DNA of 64,000 nt from NCBI GenBank assembly GCA_963850905.1, contig CAWKMU010000003.1, positions 512,001 through 576,000 of the forward strand, in the 5' to 3' direction. This DNA is from an uncultured Gemmatimonadales bacterium (GTDB lineage Bacteria > Gemmatimonadota > Gemmatimonadetes > Gemmatimonadales > Gemmatimonadaceae). The notes under the pieces are model-generated. The model ran no database searches. It was not told the DNA's origin and worked only from the letters and a program-made list of their open reading frames with translations. The translations under genes and the position numbers were made by a program. Numbering within the stretch: position 1 is the stretch's first letter; each line of letters starts with the position of its first letter. This document shows, piece after piece, positions 9,034-19,130 of this stretch.

Positions 9034-10454
9034 TGGCAGCGCGGTGGGTCGTCAGGCTTCGGCCATTCTATGAACGGAATCGACGGCCGGCCCCGGCACA
9101 TCGGGGCTGGTCGTTTTATTGGCCCCTGACGCCCCGTGCCATCGGCATCGTGCTCGGGCTAGGGCTCGGCGGAAGCGCGTGCAAGGACACGCCAGCCGCC
9201 TTTGGGTCGTCGCGCGCGGTGGCCCGGACGCATGCGGACGACCTGTTCACGAGTCTTCACCGCCGCTTCACCAACGTCGATCGCAGCCCGGAAGCAGCCG
9301 GCACTCTCGCCCGCATCGACCGGGCGGTGTTCACACCCTCGCAGGTGTTCGACGACTCGGTGCTCTGGAATGTCCTGCGGAGCGACAGCGTGCGCGTGAT
9401 GATGCTCACGGGACACGTCGCGCACGATCGGTATGTCGTCGCACAGGTGAACGAGACAGCAGCACCGCGCGAGCTCGCGGCTTCGCGCGATGAGATTCGC
9501 CTGGCACGCGTGGGACACGACCAGTATGAGTGGTCGACTTTTGTCGACCAGGTACTGGGTGCGGTGATGCCGGAGGATGTCGGCCGGATCGTGAGCTCCA
9601 TGCTCGCCGCTCCGGCCGCAACGGAGGAGACCGCGCTACACGCAGTGACGGCCGCGGCGTTCCCCAGGTCGAGCGAGGTGTTGGCGAAGGTGTTCTCCGT
9701 TGATAGCCTGCAGCGCACGCCGAGCGACGACGGCACGACCCTCGTCAACCTCGTAGTCGGCCTACATCCCGACGGGCTGCAGGCCGAATATCCCGCGTTT
9801 GCGACCTATTTGCGGACGTATCTCAATCCGGTGCGCTTGCGGTCTGTCGTTCGCGATGCGGCCGGCGGAGAGTGGTTCGATCTCGACCTCGGCGCGAATC
9901 GGCTCAGGATGCGCTTTCGCAGTGATCGTGATGGCCGCCTCGCGCCCATCGAGGGCCCACCACGGGCGATGCCCGACTCCCTCATGTTGGTCTCGGACTT
10001 TCACACCAAGGTCTGGCTCTTCTCGATCGGCATGACTGGACTCACGAGCAACGTCGCCCTTACGCATACCTCGCAGTCGCTGGGCGCCCAACTGACGTTC
10101 CGACAGGAGCCGCGTTGGCACTTGCCGCTCGCCGTCTCGCACTTCGTCAAAGGGTCCCTGCGCCGCCCCTTCGAGGGAAACGGCGCCCAGTATCGCGTGG
10201 CCGTGTCCAGCGCCGATGGGAACCACACCCTCCTCGAGCGAGAGGGCGACGTGACGGTTCAGGAAAGCATGATCATGCGGTGGTTCGGCGGCATCGGCGC
10301 ACACGCCTTTCGCGAGTTCTCCGGGCCAGCTGAAATCCAGGAGAGTGCGTATTTGGCGGCGGTGTTCAGCGCACTGCACGACGACGTCGACGCCGCGCTC
10401 ATGTCGCCCGCGACGGTCGCGGGTGACGTGGAAGCGGGAGCGAAAAAGCCCTAG
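9033..10454 (+). CDS. Hypothetical exported protein / putative lipoprotein
   Basis: Long ORF with natural composition and a lipobox-like LGGSAC near residue 50. The true start is probably downstream of 9033. Confidence 0.7.
   Translation: MAARWVVRLRPFYERNRRPAPAHRGWSFYWPLTPRAIGIVLGLGLGGSACKDTPAAFGSSRAVARTHADDLFTSLHRRFTNVDRSPEAAGTLARIDRAVFTPSQVFDDSVLWNVLRSDSVRVMMLTGHVAHDRYVVAQVNETAAPRELAASRDEIRLARVGHDQYEWSTFVDQVLGAVMPEDVGRIVSSMLAAPAATEETALHAVTAAAFPRSSEVLAKVFSVDSLQRTPSDDGTTLVNLVVGLHPDGLQAEYPAFATYLRTYLNPVRLRSVVRDAAGGEWFDLDLGANRLRMRFRSDRDGRLAPIEGPPRAMPDSLMLVSDFHTKVWLFSIGMTGLTSNVALTHTSQSLGAQLTFRQEPRWHLPLAVSHFVKGSLRRPFEGNGAQYRVAVSSADGNHTLLEREGDVTVQESMIMRWFGGIGAHAFREFSGPAEIQESAYLAAVFSALHDDVDAALMSPATVAGDVEAGAKKP
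9083..9120 (+). terminator. Intrinsic terminator downstream of tRNA-Gln
   Basis: Stem ACGGCCGGCCCCG / CGGGGCTGGTCGT followed by TTTATT. Confidence 0.65.
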
Positions 10455-10698
10455 GGGCTGGGTGACGGGCGGCGGGCGCTAAAGCGCCAGGGAGAGTAGA
10501 TGCACCGAAAGTAGACACGGACCGCGCGGTCTACTTTCTACTCTCTGCGGGTCTACTTTCTGCGGGCGCCTTTGCGCCCGCCGGGGTATGCCACGCGCGC
10601 CGTCATTGGAACTCTCCGTCCTACCGAGCGGCGGCGGGCAAGATCCCCTTCGCGACATCTATGCCGCAACGCTGGCGAACCAGCGGGTGAGATCAGCA

Positions 10699-10771
10699 TG
10701 GAGCTGAGGGGAGTCGAACCCCTGACCTCTGCAGTGCGATTGCAGCGCTCTCCCAACTGAGCTACAGCCCC
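10699..10771 (-). tRNA. tRNA-Ala(CGC)
   Basis: Reverse complement GGGGCTGTAGCTCAGTTGGGAGAGCGCTGCAATCGCACTGCAGAGGTCAGGGGTTCGACTCCCCTCAGCTCCA; G3-U70 pair, anticodon CGC, CCA not encoded. Confidence 0.96.
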
Positions 10772-10780
10772 CAGCGCTGC

Positions 10781-10808
10781 AACGTAGAGACGGCTGTAGG
10801 GAAGTCAA
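10781..10808 (-). promoter_or_regulatory. Putative sigma70 promoter of tRNA-Ala
   Basis: TTGACT-16 nt-TACGTT on the minus strand, about 10 nt upstream of the tRNA. Confidence 0.55.
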
Positions 10809-11076
10809 GGTAACCACAGGACGCCAGACGTTGCACAGATTTGACGTTCAACGCCCCTCGTGCACCTCGCATCATGCCGCTGCGATGGCGCACGAAACCA
10901 ACTCCCCACGGCGCTCGCAGGGCGTAACGTCTGACATCTATGCCGCCGTGTGGCGGCATCGTGTGCGCTGATGCCGCCCGCCACCCGATTGACCGATCTG
11001 CTTGCGCTGCCATCACTCACCCCAAGATGGGGTGAGCAACGAGCGGCCAATCGGAGCGAGCGTCAGATCGGGGCGG

Positions 11077-11493
11077 CTAGCTCGCGGCCGCCCCTCCGCC
11101 GGCTTCGGCCTCGTCGCCCCGCGTCGAGCGGGAAACGCGGCTCCGATCTTCGACCACTGACTCGTTGCGCTGGGCAATGGCACGCCGTCGGGCGCTGGCG
11201 CTGCGCGCACCACCACCTTCACGGCCGATCGCCGCCATGTGCTCACGATCTCGGCTGACGGTCTCGCCACCTTTCCGTCCGGCGACGCGTGCTTCATCCG
11301 CCGTCCACTCGTGAGCCGTGCCTTTTTGATGCGCGGCACGACCGCCCTTGCTGGCGATTTCTCGTTGCCGCGCTCGATCCATTGACGCGAATCCACGATT
11401 ACTCGTGCCGCTTCGCGTCTGAGCGACCCGCCCCCGCCCCCCATCCATCTGCTCCACCCCGCGCTCAGTATCGGCGCTGATCCGATCCGCCAT
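11077..11493 (-). CDS. KGG-repeat general stress protein (YciG/GsiB-like)
   Basis: RGFASMD..RQREIASKGG, EARVAGRKGG and HMAAIGREGG repeats; strong RBS GGGAGGGG before the ATG. Confidence 0.88.
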   Translation of the reverse strand: MADRISADTERGVEQMDGGRGRVAQTRSGTSNRGFASMDRARQREIASKGGRAAHQKGTAHEWTADEARVAGRKGGETVSRDREHMAAIGREGGGARSASARRRAIAQRNESVVEDRSRVSRSTRGDEAEAGGGAAAS

Positions 11494-11961
11494 TTCCCCT
11501 CCCTCTCTGCGACTTAATGCCTTTTCTGATCGTGAGACCACAATTAGCCCCGCAAAAGCGAGACCAAACCCGTGCTCGCCACTCTGACCGGCAGCGTCCC
11601 ACGCCGCCTCGCATCGTGGCGATCCCCGGCTTGTACGTCGATTCGACGCCACTGGGCTTCGGGAACACGTGGCGGCAAATGCTGCGCCAACGCCGCAGCG
11701 ATGAATAAATCCGCCACCAACCGGTGTCCTCTCGCACACCCCAGCGCGGGGAATCGACCCGGACGACCCGCATCGTACCCGCGGTTCGACCGCGCGGTCG
11801 TGCGAGATCGAGGCTCGCACCGCTCTCCTGCTGATATAATGAGCGTGCACGCACGACGCGAGTCGTCCTGACAGATCGGATGCCCGCGCGTCAATTGGAG
11901 GCCCATCGAGCGCCCCCAGACGCGGTCGGGCGCCGACCAGGCGCCGTTATATTCCTCGCCC

Positions 11962-12891
11962 ATGTCGCTCGCAGTGCGCTTTCTGGGTACGGCGGCGTCA
12001 CGGCCGACGGTCGAGCGCAACGTTTCGGCTATCGCTGTTGTACGTGACGGCGAGACGCTCATGTTCGACTGTGGCGAAGGGACGCAGCGCCAGATGATGC
12101 GCTACGGTATCTCGTTCGTGCTTGGCGACATTTTCTTCACGCACTTCCACACCGATCATGTACTCGGTGTGATCGGGCTCCTGCGCACGATGCAACTGCA
12201 GGGCCGCACCGAGGTCTTGCGGGTGTGGGGACCGCGGGGGGTGACCAAGGTCCTACATCGCGCCGAGGTCTTCAATAGCGATCGCCTCGGGTACCCGGTG
12301 TCCATTACCGAGCTCGAGCCCGGGACGCCAATTGCCCGCGCGGGCTACGCCATCCTCCCCTTCACCGTCTCGCACCAGGGCACCCCAGCCCTGGGCTATG
12401 CGCTGATCGAAGAGATCCGGCGCGGACGATTCCACCCCGATCGCGCCCGCGACTTGGGCATCCCGGAAGGACCCCTCTGGGGCCAACTCCACAAAGGGCA
12501 CCCCGTCACCCTCCCCGACGGGCGTGTGATCGAGGCGAGTGACCTCGTGGGCCCCTCACGGCCCGGTCGGCGGTTGGTCCTCACCGGGGACACGCGGCCC
12601 TGCGACACGACGGTCGAAATCGCGACCGGGGCCGATCTCCTGGTGCACGAAGCCACGTTCTCCGAGGAGGAGGCGGCGCGCGCCGTGGAGACCGGCCACT
12701 CGACCGCCCGCGAGGCCGCCGACGTCGCCGCACGAGCCGGCGTGCGCCAGCTCGTGCTCACCCACCTCTCCGCCCGCTACACCCGCGACACGTCAGACCT
12801 CGAGCGCGACGCCCGCGCCGTATTCCCAGGCACGATCGTCGCTCGTGACGGCATGGAGATCGATGTCCCGTTCCCCGACGAGGCGTGTTGA
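11962..12891 (+). CDS. rnz: Ribonuclease Z
   Basis: FDCGEGTQRQ, THFHTDH metallo-beta-lactamase motif, GP exosite, TGDTRP, HEATF, LTHLSARY. Confidence 0.95.
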   Translation: MSLAVRFLGTAASRPTVERNVSAIAVVRDGETLMFDCGEGTQRQMMRYGISFVLGDIFFTHFHTDHVLGVIGLLRTMQLQGRTEVLRVWGPRGVTKVLHRAEVFNSDRLGYPVSITELEPGTPIARAGYAILPFTVSHQGTPALGYALIEEIRRGRFHPDRARDLGIPEGPLWGQLHKGHPVTLPDGRVIEASDLVGPSRPGRRLVLTGDTRPCDTTVEIATGADLLVHEATFSEEEAARAVETGHSTAREAADVAARAGVRQLVLTHLSARYTRDTSDLERDARAVFPGTIVARDGMEIDVPFPDEAC

Positions 12892-12979
12892 TCGGCGGGT
12901 AGGGGCGACGCCATGCGTCGCCCGTCGTCACCGCCCGAACGTTGTTCCCGTCACCGCCCGTCACCCAGCCTTTCGCCCT

Positions 12980-13384
12980 TCACGCCGCCACCCGCGGGCC
13001 TATCGGCTGTCGCCCCGCGTATCCGGCGTCGATCTCATGCCAGTACTCCACGGCAGGCTCTCCGAGCCGCCAGCAGAGATAGACGGTCCGCCCGTCTCGC
13101 TGCGCCGGAAAGTCGACGAGGCCCTGAACGTAGTCCTTGAACTCGACGCCCAGCGCCGCCAGCTCCTGCTGGAAGTGCTCCAGTTCCACTGCGAGTGCCG
13201 CCACTTCGCGCTCGAGCTCCGCGGCGCGCGGATCGGGCGAGCCCACAGTGTTCGACACGGACACCAGCTCGAACTCGCGGACCCGCGCCTGCCAGCGGCC
13301 GAATTGCACGACGATGTCTTCGACGATGCGCCGCACCAGCGGCAGGGTCCTGTTGGCCAGTTCCGGCGTGAAGAATTGCGGCAT
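12980..13384 (-). CDS. DUF2203 family protein
   Basis: FTPELANRTLPLV...GLVDFP...VYLCWRLGE..WHE..AGYAGRQP. Confidence 0.88.
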   Translation of the reverse strand: MPQFFTPELANRTLPLVRRIVEDIVVQFGRWQARVREFELVSVSNTVGSPDPRAAELEREVAALAVELEHFQQELAALGVEFKDYVQGLVDFPAQRDGRTVYLCWRLGEPAVEYWHEIDAGYAGRQPIGPRVAA

Positions 13385-13386
13385 CG

Positions 13387-13881
13387 CTAGCGTCTCTCTT
13401 CGGCCGCGCGTTCCTCGAGCCGGCGACGCCGGCGCTCCTGCGCGGCAGCGTAGCGCCGCACCTCCTCCGGCGTCTCTGGCACGAGCGGCGGCACTTCGAT
13501 GGGTCGTCCGTTGCGGTCCACCGCCACGAAGGTCAGGTATGCCGAATTCGTGTGCCGGCGGCGGCCGGTGATCAAGTCCTCAGCCTCGACGCGGACGCCG
13601 ACCTCCATCGACGTGCGACCGGCGAAGTTCACACTGGCCTGCATCACGACGAGATCACCGACGTGGATCGGTTCGCGGAAATCGACTCGGTCGATCGAAG
13701 CAGTGACACACGCCGACCGCGCGTGCCGGAAGGCCGAAATCGCGGCCGTCTTGTCCATCATACCGAGAATCACACCGCCAAACACATGGCCCAGCAAATT
13801 GGCGTTCTGCGGCATCATGAGTTCGGATGTCTCCTGCTGGGACTCACGAACGGCGCGTGGCCGGAGGTGCGAATCTGACAT
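13387..13881 (-). CDS. Acyl-CoA thioesterase (hotdog fold)
   Basis: ANLLGHVFGG, VTASIDRVDF, GRTSMEVGV, YLTFVAVD. Confidence 0.93.
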   Translation of the reverse strand: MSDSHLRPRAVRESQQETSELMMPQNANLLGHVFGGVILGMMDKTAAISAFRHARSACVTASIDRVDFREPIHVGDLVVMQASVNFAGRTSMEVGVRVEAEDLITGRRRHTNSAYLTFVAVDRNGRPIEVPPLVPETPEEVRRYAAAQERRRRRLEERAAEERR

Positions 13882-13901
13882 GGGTCGAATGCGTGCCTGG
13901 A

Positions 13902-15365
13902 TCAGGGGCGAGACGCCGCGGGACCGCGACGCCCGTGTCCGACGGGGCGGGGCGCGGCCCGGTCACCAGTCGGGGAGTCGTGTGTACCGCTCGCACCACG
14001 TGACCGAGGCGTTCGCGTCCTGAACGACACGAACGCGACGCCGTAGCTTCGGCCGCGATGAGACGGTGTCGGGAGCGCCACACTGCGCGCGTCGTCACCG
14101 TAGAGCGCGGACTCGTCGAATGCGCGAACGAGCGCGCGGCGAGTCACCGAATCCACAGGCGGGGTATCGAGCCAGTAAATCCGGCGCGTCGGCGCCGGAA
14201 AACGACCCACGCGCCACTCGCGATGCGCGCCGTCCCGTCCCCCGCTGGCCACGCCCGATCGACGCAACACGAGCACGACGCCCTGCCCCTGGTCAGGACC
14301 CCCGGCCGTGTCATACCTGGCGATGATTTCGACATCCGATCGAGGCGTCCAGTGATCGCTCGCCGAATCGGCTCCCCCGAATGGCAGGCTCGCTCGTTCC
14401 GCCAGCCACCAGGGTGAGGTACCCCCCTCGACCAACCGGATCGGGGGCACCGGCAAGGTCAGACCTTCGCCACTCCCTGTCCCCCGCGCGAAGAACTGCA
14501 CCCCTGGGTCACGGTCGACATCGAGGATCGAGAACGACAGCGGATCGAATAGGAACCCGCCCAGCGACGCGGCAGCACGTCCCGCCCGCTCGTCACCCGC
14601 GGCCTTCGCGGCCCGCACGGAGTCGACAGCCGCCGCGAACGCGCGGCGCCCTCGGGCAATGGCGGTTTCCGCGACGACGGGCCCGAACAGGCCCCGGAGC
14701 GTGGCTGCCTTCGCGAGTCTCAGATCCACGACCCCCCGCCGGACCGTCTCGCGCTCGGTCGCGCTGATCTCCCCGGTATCCGGCGACGTCCCATGGAATC
14801 GCTTCGTCGACGATGTGCCGTGGTACTCGTATGACACGTACGGACCATCGACATCGATGATGTCGACCTCGCCCGTCACCGACGTCGTCGGGTCTTCGGC
14901 AGCATCGGCGTCCGGCGCGAGCGGTGCGTCGTGGGGATGCGTCCGAGAGTAGCTGCGCGCCGCCATCGCGACGGTCGAATCTCTGAAGACCGGCTCGGAG
15001 TCGCCGGTCAGCAAGTCCCGCCGGTAGATGCGCTGCGTCGTGAACACGGCGTCGTAGAAGGAATGATCTTCGTCCGCGACGTACAGCTCGTAGAACCGTC
15101 CGCCGTAATAGGCCAGAAGAAGCGGCGAGCCCCGGACGCGCACACCCTGCGGGCCGGTCGTTACCCAGAAGGTCGAATCTCCGGCGGCGAGCAAGAACTC
15201 AGTCGTTGGCGCCGGCGCGGCGGCATGCTCGATGTGTTTCGCGCGGCACGCGGTTCCCGAGACGAGCATCAACGCGCCGACCACCGCTGCTGACGACCGA
15301 TGCAGGCCGAGTCCGGCACCTGACCCGCGACGTCGCACCGTCGCCCGGGACGCTTCGTGACGCAT
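13902..15365 (-). CDS. Hypothetical exported protein / lipoprotein
   Basis: Hydrophobic segment ending SGTAC, followed by a beta-rich soluble region. Start uncertain. Confidence 0.65.
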   Translation of the reverse strand: MRHEASRATVRRRGSGAGLGLHRSSAAVVGALMLVSGTACRAKHIEHAAAPAPTTEFLLAAGDSTFWVTTGPQGVRVRGSPLLLAYYGGRFYELYVADEDHSFYDAVFTTQRIYRRDLLTGDSEPVFRDSTVAMAARSYSRTHPHDAPLAPDADAAEDPTTSVTGEVDIIDVDGPYVSYEYHGTSSTKRFHGTSPDTGEISATERETVRRGVVDLRLAKAATLRGLFGPVVAETAIARGRRAFAAAVDSVRAAKAAGDERAGRAAASLGGFLFDPLSFSILDVDRDPGVQFFARGTGSGEGLTLPVPPIRLVEGGTSPWWLAERASLPFGGADSASDHWTPRSDVEIIARYDTAGGPDQGQGVVLVLRRSGVASGGRDGAHREWRVGRFPAPTRRIYWLDTPPVDSVTRRALVRAFDESALYGDDARSVALPTPSHRGRSYGVAFVSFRTRTPRSRGASGTHDSPTGDRAAPRPVGHGRRGPAASRP

Positions 15366-15450
15366 CACGGGGGAATATAGTCTTCGTTGGTTAGATTTCG
15401 CCGTTTTCAAGACACACTCTGCATCAGCCGTCCCTCTGCTCACTGTCGTC

Positions 15451-16746
15451 GTGCCCGCCTTGCCGCTCGCTCCCCGATTGCGACGACCCGTCGCGCTGAC
15501 GGCGTTTTCTCTCTGGGCGTGCAGCGCCGCTCCGGGTAACTCCACAGCATCCAACCGCGCGCGTGCGAGCGCGACGCCCCCGCCTGCGGTCGTCGCATCG
15601 GCGCCGCACACGCCCCCCACGATCGCGCGTGCGACACCCGGCCGCCGTCTCCGACCACGGGCGACCACGGGCGACTCGGCGCCGGACGTGCTTCGCGGAC
15701 TGTACGTCAATCGCTTCGCGGCACAAAGTCCGCGAAAGATGCGTTCGCTGATCGAGTTGGCTGATTCGACCGAGATCAATGCGTTCGTCATCGACATCAA
15801 GGACGAATTCGGTATCAACTACGCGTCTACGGATACACTCATCCGACGAAATGCCGGGCGCGCGGGCACAATTCCGGACCTGCCCGGCCTGCTCGACACG
15901 CTGCACGCACACCATATCGCCGCCATCGCACGCATCGTGGTCTTCAAGGATTCCGTCGCCGCTCGCCTCAATCCAACGTGGACGATTCGGAAGACCGATG
16001 GGTCGCCATGGCGTGACAAGAAAGGCTTGATGTGGGTCAACCCGTACGACCGCGCGCTCTGGGAGTACGACCTGCATGCCGCGGAAGAAGTGGCGCGCCT
16101 CGGTTTCGATGAGGTCCAGTTCGACTACATCCGCTTCCCCGAGCCATACAAGAGCCTCCCGACCCAGGTATTCCCGGGCGCGCACGATGGTCCGAAGGCC
16201 GCGGTGCTGGCCGAGTTCCTCAGGATGGCCCACGAGCGGCTGCACAAGCTTGGCGTACGGACTACTGCCGACATTTTTGGCATGGTGACAAGCGTGTCAG
16301 GCACGCTCGAGGTGGGGCAGCAGTGGGAGACCCTCGCACCCACCGTCGATGTGCTGCTCCCCATGGTGTATCCGTCGCACTATCCGGCCGGATCGTTCAA
16401 CCTGCCCCACCCCAACGGCGACCCATACCAGGTGGTCTTTGCCGCCATCTCGGCCGCCCACCGTCGTGACGCCACGATCGGTCTGACCGGGCAGCAAGTC
16501 CGCCCCTGGCTGCAGGCCTTCACCCTCGGGGCGCCCCGCTACGGCGCCGCCGAGGTCCTCGCCCAAAAACGCGCCGTCTACGACGCCGGCTACCAGGGCT
16601 GGGTGCTGTGGAATCCTGGCTCGCAGTACAATCCGGTGCAGAGCGCGTTGGCGAAGAAGGGCGCTAACGGCGGGATCAGGGATCAGGGACCAGGGGCGAG
16701 GGAACCCACCGCGAAAGCGGTCACCAATCCGCAACCACCGGCCTAG
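15451..16746 (+). CDS. Putative glycoside hydrolase (DUF4015-like TIM barrel), lipoprotein
   Basis: NAFVIDIKD, IARIVVFKD, GFDEVQFDYIRFP, PMVYPSHY, VRPWLQAF, WVLWNP. Confidence 0.88.
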   Translation: MPALPLAPRLRRPVALTAFSLWACSAAPGNSTASNRARASATPPPAVVASAPHTPPTIARATPGRRLRPRATTGDSAPDVLRGLYVNRFAAQSPRKMRSLIELADSTEINAFVIDIKDEFGINYASTDTLIRRNAGRAGTIPDLPGLLDTLHAHHIAAIARIVVFKDSVAARLNPTWTIRKTDGSPWRDKKGLMWVNPYDRALWEYDLHAAEEVARLGFDEVQFDYIRFPEPYKSLPTQVFPGAHDGPKAAVLAEFLRMAHERLHKLGVRTTADIFGMVTSVSGTLEVGQQWETLAPTVDVLLPMVYPSHYPAGSFNLPHPNGDPYQVVFAAISAAHRRDATIGLTGQQVRPWLQAFTLGAPRYGAAEVLAQKRAVYDAGYQGWVLWNPGSQYNPVQSALAKKGANGGIRDQGPGAREPTAKAVTNPQPPA

Positions 16747-16901
16747 GCGTTAGCTCCCCGATAACCGAAACGCCGGTCGACATGCACCACGACTGGCCTA
16801 GGGCCGGTAGGGGCGACGCATTGCGTCGCCCGCTGTTGTCGTGGCAGTTGTTCCTGACCCCTGACCCCTGACCCCTGACCGCTGATCCCGCTGTTGGGCC
16901 G

Positions 16902-19130
16902 TCACATCTTCGCACTGACCGTCAGCGTGAGACGCATTGGCAGGCCAGGCGTCAGGAATGGAACGACCGGGGGATTCGCCGGTGGACTGTTCGCCCCATA
17001 CGGGCCCAGCGAATTCTCGGCTTCGATGCCGTACGTGTCATACCGGCGGTTCAAGAGATTCTCGACGGCGAGCTCCACGCCGAACCATCGATACGCCACC
17101 TGTCCGCCGAGTCCCGCCACCACGTAGCCCGGTACCTCGGGGCGCTGGTTGGACTCATCGCCCTGGAGATACTGCCCAGAGTATCCCCGCACATCCGCGA
17201 GCACATCGACGACGGTTCGGCCAAAGAGCCTGGTCCAGCCGATGCCCAGGCGGCCCCGGTGCAGCGGTGACGACGGAAAGATGTCACCCGGCCGCGTCGG
17301 CCGCGGCGCAGTGTCAGCGGTCTCGATCTGAATGGTGCTCTGGTAGGTCGCAGCCACATAGCTGTACGACGCGAAGAGCCTGAGCCGATCCGGGAGCCCA
17401 ACCTGGCCCGACGCCTCCACGCCCGCTCGCCGCGTGCGTGGCACGTTCACGAAGTAGACTTGCGTCAGGTTCGGTGATGCGAACTGGATGTCGTTCAAGA
17501 CGTTGGTCCAGAACAGATCCACGTCGAGGTGCGTGCGGTTGGTGAGGTCGACATCCAGTCCACCCTCGAAGTCTTGCGACGAAACGGGCTGCAGGTGCGG
17601 GTCGGAGCCGAGCGCCGACGGGAGCGAGCACGGCGCCGTCGGGCTTGCGCACGCGAGCTCCAGCGCCGCCGGTGCACGAAAGCCGCTCTTGAATGCCGCG
17701 TAGACCTTGAGATCCTCGGTGATGCGATACGTGGCTCCGATCTCGGGTGAGAGACGATCGTAGGAGCTCGTCCCGTCGTTGGCGGCATTCAGGTCGTCGA
17801 CGAAGGGGATGTGGACGTAGTCCGCTCGTGCACCCGCCGTCACGTCGACGGCGGGCGATACACTCACGATCGCCTGCACGTAGGCCCCGGCATTCTCTTG
17901 ATGCACGTCGGCGAGCGTGGCAATAGAGTCCGGCCGGCCGCCCCCGACGTTGACGAGACGGAAGTGCACATTGTCCCGCTCGTACTCCACGCCCCCGGTC
18001 AGCCCCACCGGCACGGCGCCGATCAGGAACGGACGCGTCCACTCCGCCGTCAGCCCGCCCGACGCGTTGGAGATGAATCCGTCCGTGTTCGGTGGCGGCT
18101 CATTGGCGTTGAATTGCTCGAAGTTGTTGCGGCGTACAAACACCGTGCCGCGCACGATCCCGCCGGCTACTGACTCCGTCGCTCGGAGATTGAGGGCGTA
18201 CGCCTCGGGCGCGAAGAAATCGCCGGGCGTGTAGTTGATGCGGGGATCGATCGCCAGATAGCTCTGCGGCAGCGATCCGGCCTCGTACAGTCGGTCATGG
18301 CCGTACATGATGCTGAGCGCGATGTCGCCGGTATCACGCGCGGCACCCCACTGGTGCCCAATGGTCGCAAACACGTTCCGCGTGTTGGACGATGTGGCGT
18401 CGCGCCACCCGGTGCCATTCATCCCCGTCGCGGCGATGAACCCGTCGAGCGATCCAGCCTTGCCACCCGCAGTGACCGTCGCGATCTGTTCGCCGAACGA
18501 CCCCGCGCCCAACTCCACCGACGCCTCCGGCGTGTCCCCGCCCCGTCGTGTCGCCAAGAGGATCGTGCCGCCCAGAGAGTTCCGTCCGAACAACACGTTG
18601 GATCCCCGCACCAGCGTTGCCCGGTCGACAGCCGCCATGGGCAGCAAGTCGAAGTTCACTTCCTGTGCATCGGGTTCGTTGACGCGCATGCCGTCGAGGA
18701 ACACGCTGACGCCCTGGGGTGACCCGACGACGGGCGACACCGTAAAGCCGCGGACCTCGAGCTCGGGCTGCAGTGGGCTGCCCTGGTCATCGTACATGTT
18801 GACGCCCGGGAGATCTTGCAGCCCCTGCGGAAGCGACGCCGGACCGGCCACCGTGTGCGCCAGATCTATCCGCTCGACCTGTGTAGGCGAGCGCTCATCG
18901 ACGTCCGACAACCGCGTGCCGGTCACGACGACCGCCGACAGGCGCCGGGTCGCCCGGCGCAGGGAGTCGACATGCGCACTGTCGCGCCGCGTCGAGTCGA
19001 CCGCGCTGCCCGCCTGCGGCTGCTGCGCCCACCCGGGGACCGTGACCACCATTAGTATGGCCGTCGCGACGGCGGCAGCGATCGCTGCCCGGCATGGCAG
19101 GGAGCTTATGCGATCTCGACTCCGGCCCAT
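16902..19130 (-). CDS. TonB-dependent outer membrane receptor
   Basis: Signal peptide, VVVTGTR TonB box, plug motif VRGF..SPVVGSPQGVSVFLDG.RVNEP, beta-barrel pattern, ENLLNRRY near the C-terminus. Confidence 0.92.
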   Translation of the reverse strand: MGRSRDRISSLPCRAAIAAAVATAILMVVTVPGWAQQPQAGSAVDSTRRDSAHVDSLRRATRRLSAVVVTGTRLSDVDERSPTQVERIDLAHTVAGPASLPQGLQDLPGVNMYDDQGSPLQPELEVRGFTVSPVVGSPQGVSVFLDGMRVNEPDAQEVNFDLLPMAAVDRATLVRGSNVLFGRNSLGGTILLATRRGGDTPEASVELGAGSFGEQIATVTAGGKAGSLDGFIAATGMNGTGWRDATSSNTRNVFATIGHQWGAARDTGDIALSIMYGHDRLYEAGSLPQSYLAIDPRINYTPGDFFAPEAYALNLRATESVAGGIVRGTVFVRRNNFEQFNANEPPPNTDGFISNASGGLTAEWTRPFLIGAVPVGLTGGVEYERDNVHFRLVNVGGGRPDSIATLADVHQENAGAYVQAIVSVSPAVDVTAGARADYVHIPFVDDLNAANDGTSSYDRLSPEIGATYRITEDLKVYAAFKSGFRAPAALELACASPTAPCSLPSALGSDPHLQPVSSQDFEGGLDVDLTNRTHLDVDLFWTNVLNDIQFASPNLTQVYFVNVPRTRRAGVEASGQVGLPDRLRLFASYSYVAATYQSTIQIETADTAPRPTRPGDIFPSSPLHRGRLGIGWTRLFGRTVVDVLADVRGYSGQYLQGDESNQRPEVPGYVVAGLGGQVAYRWFGVELAVENLLNRRYDTYGIEAENSLGPYGANSPPANPPVVPFLTPGLPMRLTLTVSAKM

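Noticed and set aside
9023..9035. tRNA 3' end acting as Shine-Dalgarno (AGGAGG) for an ATG that overlaps the discriminator base
   Set aside because: The SD is paired in the tRNA fold, the spacing is short, and a terminator-like hairpin follows at 9083-9120, so a downstream start is more plausible.
8683..9129. Short ORFs over the intron as a homing endonuclease
   Set aside because: No LAGLIDADG, GIY-YIG or HNH motif; the 222 nt are accounted for by ribozyme structure.
9033..10699. Integrated element between the two convergent tRNAs
   Set aside because: No integrase, no duplicated tRNA 3' end, and host-like composition.
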